From: the human T2T-CHM13v2.0 reference genome, Homo sapiens
Length of the DNA stretch: 64,000 nucleotides
Direction: 5' to 3' (one strand)
Assembly (NCBI RefSeq): GCF_009914755.1
Contig: NC_060925.1
Made by a program: the position numbers and the translations under genes. The notes beneath the pieces are model-generated. The model was not told where the DNA came from. It did not search any database and worked only from the letters and a program-made list of their open reading frames with translations. Below are positions 44,526 through 56,462 of this stretch, piece after piece (the first letter of the stretch is position 1; each line of letters begins with the position of its first letter).

Positions 44526-45758
44526 AAGCCCTGCTTGCTTCTCTGTTCAGAGGAAAGGGGCCAGGGGATTGTAAAATAGGCCTTAGGTTATTGGACAAGA
44601 AGACAAAACCAAACCAAACCAAAAGCCTGGTGAGATCACGGTCTCACCCAGACGCAAGTGATTGCTCAGGTCAAATCAGCCAGCCTGGGCTCTGATAACT
44701 GCCGGGCCAGGTGGAGCCCGTGCACAGGGGAAGGGGGTTAGCATGGCCTCTGCCTGGGGCTCCCAGCCTGAGGAGGCAATGCATCCTTACCCCAAGAGAC
44801 CACTGTTTGCAGGACGATACTCCCCAGGATAGTCAGGCTGGTCTGGGAGGCAGCCTGTGGCCACACAGGGTGGAGAAGGCGAACTCAAACTGTGAAGCAG
44901 ACAGGGCTCGCGGAGGCCCCTCCCATCTGCCCCGCCAGCATCCCCTTTTTGCTTCTGCACTTCCCAGAATCACCCTTTTCATAGACACTTACCGAAGGGC
45001 CACCATGTGATCATCCTTCCCAGGCTGAGGGTACAGACAGGAGCTGGCAGAGCAGGGAGGGTGCTGGGCATCTACCACAGGGTCAGGAGCCCTGGGGAAG
45101 TCTCCTGATGGTGGTAGGTGGCTGGGGGTGGGGTGGGGGTAGAGGGCTGCCAACAAAAGCTTCCAAGACCCTGAAGGAGGCAAGGCACGCTGAGTTTTAA
45201 GGAGCCAGAGGCATCATCTTATCGGGTGACAGGAGTGAGGCCCCACTGCAATGCCTGCCGTGGAGGGGCCAGTGGGCTAGGCAGGCACACACAGCAGCTG
45301 TGATAACTTTGGGCAGACCATAAGGCAGTTTACGGTTTGCTGAGTCATTTTACAAATCTTTATTCTGTGAGGTTGGTAGAAAAATGAAGCTCAGAGAGGT
45401 TAGGTAACTTGTCCCAGGACACAGAGCCAGGACTTGGGCCTGTATATCCCAAGCTCTAGCCTGAACTGGCTCCTTAGGTAGCCTCTGCCCCTCCCACTAC
45501 CCCAACTCCCTGAAGCAGAACCTTGGTTAGAGCGGCAGGGCCCGTCTTGTTTTGACAGGTCTAGAACTTGTCTTTGTTTTATTTTTCAGGACACCAGAAC
45601 TGGTTAACATCTACAGGCCTGGCTCACCCAACCAAACATACGGGAGGTGGGTGGATGGATAAACAATGCCACTGTGACCGCTTACAATGAGCGCCAGTTC
45701 GTTTAGAAGGCTGATGTCAGGAATTGGCTCAAGTCATTCATTCCCTCCTGGTGATGCC

Positions 45759-45807
45759 GGGCAAATGCAGAACCAGGGCAAATGCAGAACCAGAGCAAAT
45801 GGAGCCA
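45759..45807. repeat. 17-bp tandem repeat GGGCAAATGCAGAACCA (2 perfect + 1 degenerate copy)
   Basis: Directly visible. Confidence 0.9.
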
Positions 45808-46302
45808 GCCTTTCTCGAAGGATTTCTCAGTCTGTCAGACTGGGCTACAGAAATGTGTGACGTGCCGGGAAGTGTCAGGGAAAGTGTGGCTCAGGAGTGA
45901 GCTGGGTTGTAATCTTAGCTCTACCAGTTCTTAACAACATGTCCTTGGCAGGTTGCTTAAGCCTTGGCCTTTTGTTCATCTGATACATGGAGATGATCAT
46001 AGAACAACCCAGAGAGTTGCTGGGAGGAGCATACAGATGATGTGCTGTGCAATGACTAGGTCCAGGCAGATGCAACATAAACAGTAGCTCTTGCTATTAC
46101 TGGACAGCTGGGTGACTTCCCTGTCTACAGAAGGCGTATTTACAATGGCCACTGTCTGCAAGCTGTTCTTCTTCACCCCGGTCAGCCCTGGGTCCTCTCA
46201 CAAGCCCTTGCTATTCCTCGAGCCCTTCTCTTATCACAGTGTCTCTCCAGTCAGGCAGGTGTCAAATAATTCATTGGGCTACAATTTGATTTAGTGACAT
46301 TC

Positions 46303-46571
46303 TTTTTTCTTTCCTTTTTTTTTTTTTTGAAACAGAGTCTAGCTCTGTTGCCCAGGCTGGAGTGCAGTGGCGTGATCTTGACTCACTGCAACCTCTGCCT
46401 CCTGGGACAATAGGCACACACCATCATTCCTGGCTAATTTTTGTATTTTTTGTAGAGACGGGGTCTCACTGTGTTGCCCAGGCTGGTTTCTCAAACTCCT
46501 GGGCTCAAGTGATCTACCCACCTTGGCCTCTCAAAGTGCTGAGATTGCAGGTGTGAACTCCATGCCCTGCC
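46303..46571 (-). mobile_element. AluJ with internal deletion
   Basis: Antisense Alu; TSD AGTG(A/C)CATTCTT. Confidence 0.87.
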
Positions 46572-46935
46572 AACTGAGTGCCATTCTTACCTTAAGGGTG
46601 CACAGCACTCAACTTGAGGGAGATGTTCTCTGGTTCCTAGAGTGGATTTGAAGATACTATATCTCACTTCCCTCAGCCACATGCCTTCCCTGAGTGACAG
46701 GTTTCCCAGGTGACAGATTTCCAAGTCTGGGGGACCTGGGATGACAGCTGATCCTGCCACTTGCCACAGCGTGTGAACTTGGGCATGTTTCTTGCCCTTA
46801 TGGAACCCCAGATTCCTTATGTGTCAGTCGGGGCACACTCAGCCACAGAGCTGGGAGAGGATTACATTTGAAATGTGTAAAGTGTCTAACGCCTGGCCCA
46901 GTGTGAGGAGGGACTCAGTAGGTGATCGTTGTCTT

Positions 46936-47233
46936 GGCCGGGCGCGGTGCCTCATGCCTGGAATCCCAGCACTTTGGGAGGCCGAGGTGGGTGGATCACA
47001 AGGTCAGGAGATTGTGACCATCCTGGCTAACACAGTGAAACCCTGTCTCTACTAAAAATACAAAAAATTAGCCGGGTGCGGTGGTGGGCGCCTGTAGTCC
47101 CAGCTACCGGGAGGCTGAGGCAGGAGAATTGTATGAACCCGGGAGGCAGAGCTTGCAGTGAGCTGAGATTGCGCCACTGCACTCCAGCCTGAGTGACAGA
47201 GTGAGACTCCATCTCAAAAAAAAAAAAAAAAAA
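46936..47233 (+). mobile_element. AluY
   Basis: ACCATCCTGGCTAACAC and GAGCTTGCAG diagnostics, poly(A). Confidence 0.92.
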
Positions 47234-48612
47234 GATAATTGTCTCATAGTTATGACACAGATGCTGGTTTTTAAAGTTTCAAATATAGAGATTTTACCAA
47301 GCCCATGGGAGAGAAAGATCAACTTCACAAACAGGGCTATGGGGCAGGTTTTCCGCAGGCATCTGAACCAGGTTGGCCGAGTCCCTCTGCTCCTTGGCCT
47401 CAGCTCTGTGTCCCTGATCCTGCTGGTATGAGCCCACCGGTGGAGAAGGGAGACGAGGGAGGAGGAAGTCCCGGGGTGATCTGCTTCCCCCATTCCCCCC
47501 AGACTGTTTCTTACCTGGAGACCTGAGGGACCAAGGAACTGAGGCTGGAGCTGCCCAGAGAAATCTGAAGATTTGGGGTTGGTGGGTGGAGAAGAGGGTG
47601 TGGGGTGCTGCTTGGGCCAGGAGGATGGAAGCCTTTTGGAAGAGCCTTTCTTCCCGGCGATGGCCCCCTCCCAACCTCTACCCCACTGACACTCTCTACA
47701 CAAACCTCTGAAGGAGAGAGGCAGCCCCCAAACAGATCTTCTTGAAGATACCCCAATTCAGGGTCACCCTTCAAGAAAACACACCCCTAAGAAAGCTAAC
47801 TCCTATCCCTGCTCTGCTTGGAAGCCTGCTGTGGGTGACATGAACACAAGCCAGCCTAGAGCAGGTAGGACATCGGGATCCCCTGAACTGTGTGTGCTGC
47901 ACACACAGCTCACAGACGTCCTTCACAGCTGGCACTTCCATCCCTGCTCATCACTATCCTGTGGGTTAGCAAAGCAACTGTTTTTATTCCCATTTTACAG
48001 ACCAGGAAACTGGGTCCCAGGAGGGAAGGGGCCTGCTGAGGTCACACGGCCTATCCTTCATGCTAGAGTACATGGAGAACAGGACTTGCTGTCTCCCAGG
48101 GCGGCCCCTGATGAGCCGAGAGCCCAGAAGGGTGTTTGGCTGACTCGAGTGCTCAGCTCAGCTGCCTGGTGAGATGTGCCAAGTCGCAGTACTTTAGAAG
48201 GGTGGGAGGCAGCCCGTGCCTGGAAACAGCACCCTGGCTGCCCCCACCCAGGCCCTGACCTGCTGGATGGGGCTCAGACTCAGGAAGAGCTGCTGGAAAC
48301 CTGGGTTCCCCCTTGGCTAGGAACAGAAGGGTTAGGAAGCGCTTGGGGAGGAAGCTGCCCTCAGTGCTTACCTGTGGGAGTCTGTGGTTTCCCTCTGTTT
48401 CCTTGTCCCTCTGGGTTTTTGTGTTACTTTGTTTTTGGTTTTCTTTTTGCTTTTTTCCAGGGCTGACAAGAAAAGGGGAGACAGGGGTATAAATTTCTGA
48501 GCTGGAAATCTGGAAGGGGAACTGAGCTGGACTCTGATATGTATCACATTAATCCTGTGTAACATTTCTCATAGGCCTGCCCTTGCTGTGTCTTTGAAAA
48601 TTGTCATGGCTC

Positions 48613-49058
<446 letters not shown>

Positions 49059-50377
49059 TCACAGAGCTGGATGGGACAAGGGTCACCATCTCATCCATTC
49101 ACAGCCTTTGACCAAGATGGTCTGTGAACCATTGGATGTGGGTTAGGTTTTGAAACAAACTTCCCCTTCCCGCCCCACTTGGGCATCAGTTCATGCTCAG
49201 CTTGGGTTTAACAGTCTCCAGATTTCCTCTTTGAGCCAAATTCTCACCCTTCCTGCTGCTGTTTGGACACTTGCTTTGGTGTCCTACAGGGAATAATGAT
49301 AAGGCAGAGGTCACAGTCCTGGCCCCCACCCAGCCTTGCCTGCTGCGCAGTGAAACTGGTGTTTGCCGGGGCCGGTCTTGGCCAGGAGAGAGGAGGAGGG
49401 GTGGAGGCAGCTGGGGAGTGTGAGCAAGATGCCGCGGGGGCTCGGGGGAGACTGCAGCCAAGTGCTGCGTCTGAGGATATTTATAGACAGACACACAGAG
49501 AGACATGCACGCAGGGACAGAGTACTGTTTGTTTCCTGGAAACATGGACTGTTCTCTCAGTCCTACCAGATTTCCCAGGGAGCATCATACTGAAATAGGG
49601 AAAACTGTGTCTGCTGCCTGGTGTCCGCCCTCCACATAAGGAGAGATCTGATTCGCTCCACTCCCCCTTGGTAACTGCAACGACTGCCCCTAGCCTGGGG
49701 AAGCCCTTTCCAGGCGTTCCTGACTGCCCCGCTCACTTCTCTGTCTCATCTCGCCTCCCAGGCCTCCTTGCGCTACTCCCACAGCAAAACACTGCACCAG
49801 TGCTTGCCCTTCTTGGGGGCTTCCTGGCCTTTGCACACACAGCTCCGTCTGCCAGGAATGCTTTTCCATCCATTCCTATTCTTCTGGCAAAGCCCTACTC
49901 ATCATCTGCCCACACGTCACCTCCTCTGAGGGGTCTTTTCTCACCTCTCCTCTGAGAGCTTAGGACTTTGCATGGTTATGTCGCTGTTGTTATTTCTATT
50001 TACCTCTGTCTCCGCCTCCAAACCATAAATTCCTCAAAGTCAAGGACTTTCTCTTACTCATCTGTGCGTCCTCAACATGTAGACCAGTGCCTGAAGCAGA
50101 GCTGATGAGCAATGGAGAATTGTTGAATGAATGGATGAGATTTTTACAGTATAGCTGCTAAGAGTTCAAGGTCTGTGTTCAGTGGAAGATTTGGTTTAAA
50201 TACCAGCTCTATGTGAACTTAACCTGGAATTAGAAAACAAAACAAAACAAAAAACAAAAATAAATAAATAAATGCCAGAGCTCTGCCTCTTGCTAGCTAT
50301 GTGATTTTTCCAGTCACCTGGCCTCTCTAAGCGATTCCACGTCTATAAAGTGGCCTATAACAATAGAACCTTGCAAA

Positions 50378-50680
50378 GGCCGGGCACAGTGGCTCACGCC
50401 TGGAATCCCAGCACTTCGGGAGGCCAAGGCCGGCAGATCATGAGGTCAGGAGATCGAGACCATCCTGGCTAACACGGTGAATCCCCGTCTCTACTAAAAA
50501 TACAAAAAATTAGCCGGTCGTGGTGGCGGCACCTGTAGTCCCAGCTACTCGGGAGGTTGAGGCAGAAGAATGGCGTGAACCTGGGAGGCGGAGGTTGCAG
50601 TAAGCCGAGATTGTGTCACTGTACTCCAGCCTGGGCAACAGAGCAGAGCGAGACTCCGTCTCAAAAAAAAAAAAAAAAAA
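50378..50680 (+). mobile_element. AluY/Sc-like inserted in a MIR
   Basis: GAGATCGAGACCATCCTGGCTAACACGG, GAATGGCGTGAACC; TSD AATAGAACCTTGC. Confidence 0.92.
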
Positions 50681-50769
50681 AATAGAACCTTGCTTACGTG
50701 ATTAACGTAAAATTTTAACGACATTACATATTCCCATAGTGCCTGGCACACATGGGTTTTTCTCACAAC

Positions 50770-51842
50770 CCACATTTTGTCAGCAAACCCTGTAGATTCC
50801 TCTTTTAAAATGTCCAGTCTCTTCTTACCTTCCAACTGCCAACAACCCAATCCAAACCACCACCATTTCTCACTGACACCCAGCCCTCACTTATTTCCAG
50901 CACAGCTTTCAGAAGCAGTCTCTTAAAAATATGTCACATCATCTGACTCCTCTGCCAAAATTCTCCTTGGCCTCTCCTTCTCACTAGAGGAAAAGCCCAG
51001 GTCCTCATCATTCTCATCATGGCCTACGAGGCCCTTTAGGATGGTGTCGCCCACCACCACTGACTCCACCTCTTCACTTTCTCCCCTGCTCTCCTGGCTC
51101 CAGCTGCACGCCAGTCTGCCCAGTGCCCTTCTACGTGCCATTTCCTCAGCTTGGAATTCTATTCCTTCAGAATCCTCATGCCTCCCTCAAAGGCTGCCTT
51201 CTCCATGAGGCCCTCCCTGGCTGTCCAATTTAAACTTTCAATGATATGCTCGCTGTTGGCACATTCTTTTTTTTTTTTTTTTTTTGAGATGGCGTCTTGC
51301 TCCTGTTGCCCAGGCTGGAGTGCAGTGGTGGGAACTCAGCTCACTGCAGCCTCCACCTCCCAGGTTCAACGATTCCCCTGAGTTGAGTAGTCCCTGAGTA
51401 GCTTGGACTACAGGCATGTGCCATCATGCCCAGGTAATTTTTGTATTTTTAGTAGAGACGGGGTTTCATCATGTTGGTCAGTCTTGTCTTGAACACCTGA
51501 CCTCAAGCAATCCACCTGCCTTGGCCTTCCAAAGTGCTTCTTACAGGCATGAGCCATTGCGCCTGGCCTCACTATTGGTACCTTCTATCCCACTTTGCTG
51601 CTGGATTATTTCACGTTAGCCTTTATCATTAATAGTATTTATCATTAGTAAATATCATTAATATTTATCAATAGTAAATATCATTACTATTTTAGGTATT
51701 TCCTTATTTACCGTCTGTCTTCCCTGGTAGAATATAAGCTTCAAGGGAGCAGGGATTTTTGCCTTTTGTGTTTGTTGCTGTATCCCTAGCATGTAGAACA
51801 GTCTGGCATGAATGAGTACTCAGTAAATACTTTGTTGAATAA
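50770..51842 (+). mobile_element. L2 3' portion interrupted by an Alu
   Basis: CATGGCCTACGAGGCCCT and AGAATATAAGCTTCAAGGGAGCAGGGATTTT...ACTCAGTAAATAC...TGTTGAAT. Confidence 0.75.
51267..51568 (-). mobile_element. AluS/J
   Basis: Poly(T) followed by a full antisense Alu. Confidence 0.88.
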
Positions 51843-52321
51843 GTAGATCAGATCTGGGAAGTTTTGCTAGAGTACATTTCCCTCTGTTTACAAGAACTTG
51901 GTGCCCCGAGACTGTGAAGATGAGAGCTTATACTGATGTAAAATACGAAAATGTAGCATCCCAGAGATCTGGGTGGGGCTCGGCCACTCCTCCTTGCCCC
52001 TGGGCAGCCAGAACTGACTCAGGAGGCAGAACCCCAAAGCATGCTTCTGCCTCAGACTGGATTTTCCCCTCCTTCCAGCCCAGCCCAGCTGCCTCCAGTA
52101 GAGGGCTTGGCTGGGAACTTCAAGCTTGTCCTTTTCTCTGGAGAGGATGGGCATTGGGCCTCCACCCTTGGAAGAAGGAGTGGCAGGTGAAGATGACCCA
52201 CAGCTAAATGGCTGCTAGCTGCCTTTTGTCCAGTTTTCTTGGGATTCCCACAGGGCCTTCCTAGGGAAAAAAATCAATGCCATCCTCCTTGGCCTTGGTT
52301 TTCCAAGAAAGCAATGCTCTT

Positions 52322-52520
52322 CGCTGGGCATGGTAGCTCACGCCTGTAATCCCAGCATGTTGGGAGGCTAAGGCAGGAGAGAATCACTTGAGCCCAGGAG
52401 TTCGAGACTAGACAGGGAATCATAGGGAGATCCCGTCTCTACACATAATAAAATAAAATAAAATAAAAAATTAGTGGGGCATGGGGTGGCACGTTCCTGT
52501 AGTCCTCACTACTCAGGAAG
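52322..52520 (+). mobile_element. AluJ, 3'-truncated in the right arm
   Basis: Left arm, (TAAAA)n linker, ends after ACTCAGGAAGC. Confidence 0.8.
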
Positions 52521-54390
52521 CATCCGTCTTGTTTCTCCAGATAAACTGAACATTTGCTGACAGCACAGACCCTGTCTTATTCACCTTCATTTGCCAGTAC
52601 TTTAGAGCATGGTAGCTGCTCATTAAGTTTTTGTGAAATAATTATGAAATTATTCCTATTTCATAATTAATAGTGAAATAAATATTTCACTAGGAGTGAA
52701 ATAATTATGAAATCACCGTTACCGCCCCCACCCCCAACCTGCCAAAGTCTTCCTAGAAAAGCATCCTGCTGTTTTTCACTGTAACTCCCATCAGGCAGAA
52801 AGCCCCAGAACTCGGGGCAGGGAAATGTTCACCCAACCCAATGAGGCCTTCCTGGACCCTCCTTGCCCCTCTCCCACTCCCAGTTCTCTAGCCCCATGTC
52901 TAGGAACCTCTCTGGGTCCTCTGGCACTGGTGGTGGGTCCTCTGTCCTGCTCCCAATCCCCTCCCTCTGTCCTAAGAACACTCTTTCCAGGCTCCTAGCT
53001 GTGAGTGACACATCAGATACCGCAGCACAGGGTGCTCCTGGATGGAGACAAGGTAGGAGGGTGAGGGATGGTGACAGGATATAAGAAATTCAGAGAGCAG
53101 GAGAAATTGGAGAAGGCAGCAAGCCCACTGCCCTCCCTCCCAGCTTGGAGGCTAGATCTTTAGACAAGGTCTGTAAATAACATCAGAGTGGCCTCTGGTT
53201 CTGTGTTTGAACTGTGACGTTCTACTCCCCAAATAGAACTCGACTATCTGATCCAGGCATTCCCTGGGCCTGGGGGAGCAGCGAGAACCTGTCTCTCCCT
53301 CTCAGGGTACTCTAGAGCCAGGACCCAGGACCCTGCCCCCATGACCCAGCTCACATATCTACGAATCCGTGAGGTTGTACTGAAGGTATGGTTTGTGTGA
53401 CCTTTGCAACACACTCATGTCTCTGGAGCACCCGAGGTTAGAGTTTTCAACAGTTCATAAGAGAGACAAGTAGTGCTGTGTTTTCTCCCTGAAAATAAGC
53501 AGAGATTCTGATGCCCAGGGGGAACACCAGAGTGGGCTCAAAGGTCACTTACTGTGGTCAAGCTCCACAGAAATTCAACCACTCACTCCCCTGTGTTTTG
53601 GGTCTCCCAGGAGGGCCTTGGGAGTATGTGCAGTGGGCAGCCCCTATGGGAGGTGGCTGAGAATAGGGAAGGTGGAGAACACAGCCAGGGCCATGCAAGC
53701 GTGCAGTGAGGCGTTCTGTCCTGTTACAGTGTGTCTCCCTGCCACCCTCTGTTTCTCCCACCCTCTCGCCCTTTCTGCTCCAATAATCCCTCCTCCCTCC
53801 AGAGAGCAGAGGGGTGACTGACGGGTCTGCCATCTGCTGCCTTCCCTCATGCTCCAGGTACCCTGCACAGGAGTAATCTAAACGACTTGGGTAACCGAGA
53901 TAAGATCCTTGCTGCCATTAAACATTGACAGGCCCCAGTGTGATGAGAGTGCTCAGTTGCAGAGAAACTCCTGGACTAGTCCATGGGGAGGCAGGGAGAC
54001 CACAGCAGCTGGGCCATTAAAAATGAATGGAAACCAACCCTTCTAAGGGGCTGTGCCTCTTAAAGTGACAGTTCTCCTGTTGGCTGGGGGAGAAGCCAGG
54101 AGGATTCAGAAAAGGCCAGGAGGCCCAGGCCCTACCCAGTATTCAAAGTCGTAGCTATTTGTGCCCTTCACACTCTGTTAGTTGGGCGGAAAGAGCGTGG
54201 GTTCGGAATCAGGCAGATTTGAATTTGAGTCTCAGCTTGACCCTACAGTGTGGGTTTAGGCACCCTGAACGTTAGTTTGTTCATCTGTAAAATGGGCTTA
54301 ATACTTACTCAAAAGGCTATAGGAATGAAGTGAAATAATACATATAAGTTGTCTAGTATGGTGTTTGGTCTATTAGAAATAATTACTTAA

Positions 54391-54699
<309 letters not shown>

Positions 54700-54708
54700 T
54701 TAGTCCCC

Positions 54709-54886
54709 CCAGCCAGTTGTAATGGCTTACACCTATAGTCCCAGCTACACAGGAGGCTGAAGTGAGGGGATCCCTTGAGCCCAGGAGTTTGAGGCTACAG
54801 TGCATTATTATTGCATCTGTGAATAGTCATTCACTTCAGCTTGGGCAACATAGTGAGACCCCATCTTAAAACAAAACAAACAAAAA
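54709..54886 (+). mobile_element. FRAM/FAM Alu monomer
   Basis: TSD GTTAGTCCCC; long monomer containing GTGAATAGTCA. Confidence 0.8.
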
Positions 54887-56314
54887 ATGTTAGTCCCCTT
54901 CTCCCTTGCCCCTACTTCTCCTGGAATGGGGTGAGTTTCTTCTCAGACCCAAGTCACCTGAGGAAAACCCTTTCTGGCCTGCTGGGATCTTTTCCCTGTT
55001 CTTCTCCCTCCCACAGCTTCCAGAGACCCTGGTCTCATTGTCTGTTCTCTTGCCTGCCTTCCTCTGCTAGACTGGAAGCACTCTGAAAACAGATATCTCA
55101 GCACCATTGATTTTCCAGTATCGGGTCAATGTCGGGTGTATACCAGCTGCTTGGAGAATGTTGAATTTAACTAAACTGATAAAATCCTTTAAAAAGATGT
55201 ATATAAGACCAGTAAGTGGAAGGCAAATGACACAAGATGGAAGGAATTAGGGTAATTTGGCACAGAGAAGGTCATCCCGGCTGTCCAAGCTCACGGCTAT
55301 CTTAGGTACGGTTAGTCCGACATCCTCACTTTATAATGAAGAAGTCTGAGACCCAGAGAGTCGGTGGCTGAGCCAGAGAGTTCACCAGGCTCCTGACTTC
55401 TGGCATCATGCCGGAGAGCTGGGGCTGGGACTGATGGGCTCTGTCCCTCTCCCCCGTGAGCAGGGCAGGATGATCCTCCCAGGCCAAGTGTATGGAGAGG
55501 GTCTGTGTCTTACTCCCAATTCCTCAGAATCAGTGCAGGGTGACCCTAAACCCAGAAAGCTCTTGTGACTTTGAGGCCAGCACCACTGTCCTCAGGGCAC
55601 CTGGAATTTCTTGTTAGCAGGCTGGATGTGCACTTGACTCTGCAAATTTTGGCTCTAGCAATAAGGCCACGTACTTCCTTGATTCTGGGAGGTCAAGCAT
55701 TAAGTGGGAGTGTTTTTGAAGAGGGAAGAGGATGAGCCACGTCTAACATGGCCAGCCCTTTCCCTGCAGTGCCTGCTCCAAATAACAAACTGATTCAACC
55801 TGTCATTAAGTCATCCTGTTATTATGGACTCTGAACTGGTCCTCCATGGAACCACCTTGCAGCTTCCTCAGTGAAATGGCCTGGGGCAAAGATGGATGGG
55901 ATCCTTCTCAGTAGGACAGGAAGTGGGAGACCCGTCCCAAGGTCCCAGTTGCCTTCTCTGATAAGATCTTTATAGCCTATTCTGTGGGATCATCATGAAG
56001 ATTAAATAACACAATAAATGTGAAAGTTCTGGGATATAATATAGTTATAATAAATATATGGCAGGATAGGGACTGAATGAGTCAAGTCAGGGACACCTTG
56101 GCCAGGTGGGTTTCTTAGTTTGAAAAGGTTCTCAGACCTTCCACTTCCTAATACTCCCAAATGGCTCTCATCACCCCATTGCTGTTGATGAATGTCTCCT
56201 GTGGCTTTTAGTCCACAGGAAGGAACTGAGCATTCTCCTCTTGCTGAACCTGGAGCTCAGAGGCCAGGAGAAACATAATATATTATATATAATGTCATAT
56301 ATATTATATATTGA

Positions 56315-56462
56315 TCATGCCTATTACCCCAGCACTTTGGGAGGCTGAGGTGAGTGGATGGCTTGAGCCCAGGAGTTTGAGACTAGCATGGGCAACAAGG
56401 TGAGACCCCTTCTCTTAAAAAAAAAAAAGAAAAAAGAAAAAAAAAAAGAAAAAGAAAGAAAC
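56315..56462 (+). mobile_element. FLAM-like monomer preceded by a TA-rich tract
   Basis: CCCAGCACTTTGGGAGGCTGAGG...GTGAGACCCC followed by poly(A). Confidence 0.82.

Noticed and set aside
47104-47703. 199-aa minus-strand ORF
   Set aside because: Runs into an antisense Alu, has no recognisable domain and a non-ATG start.
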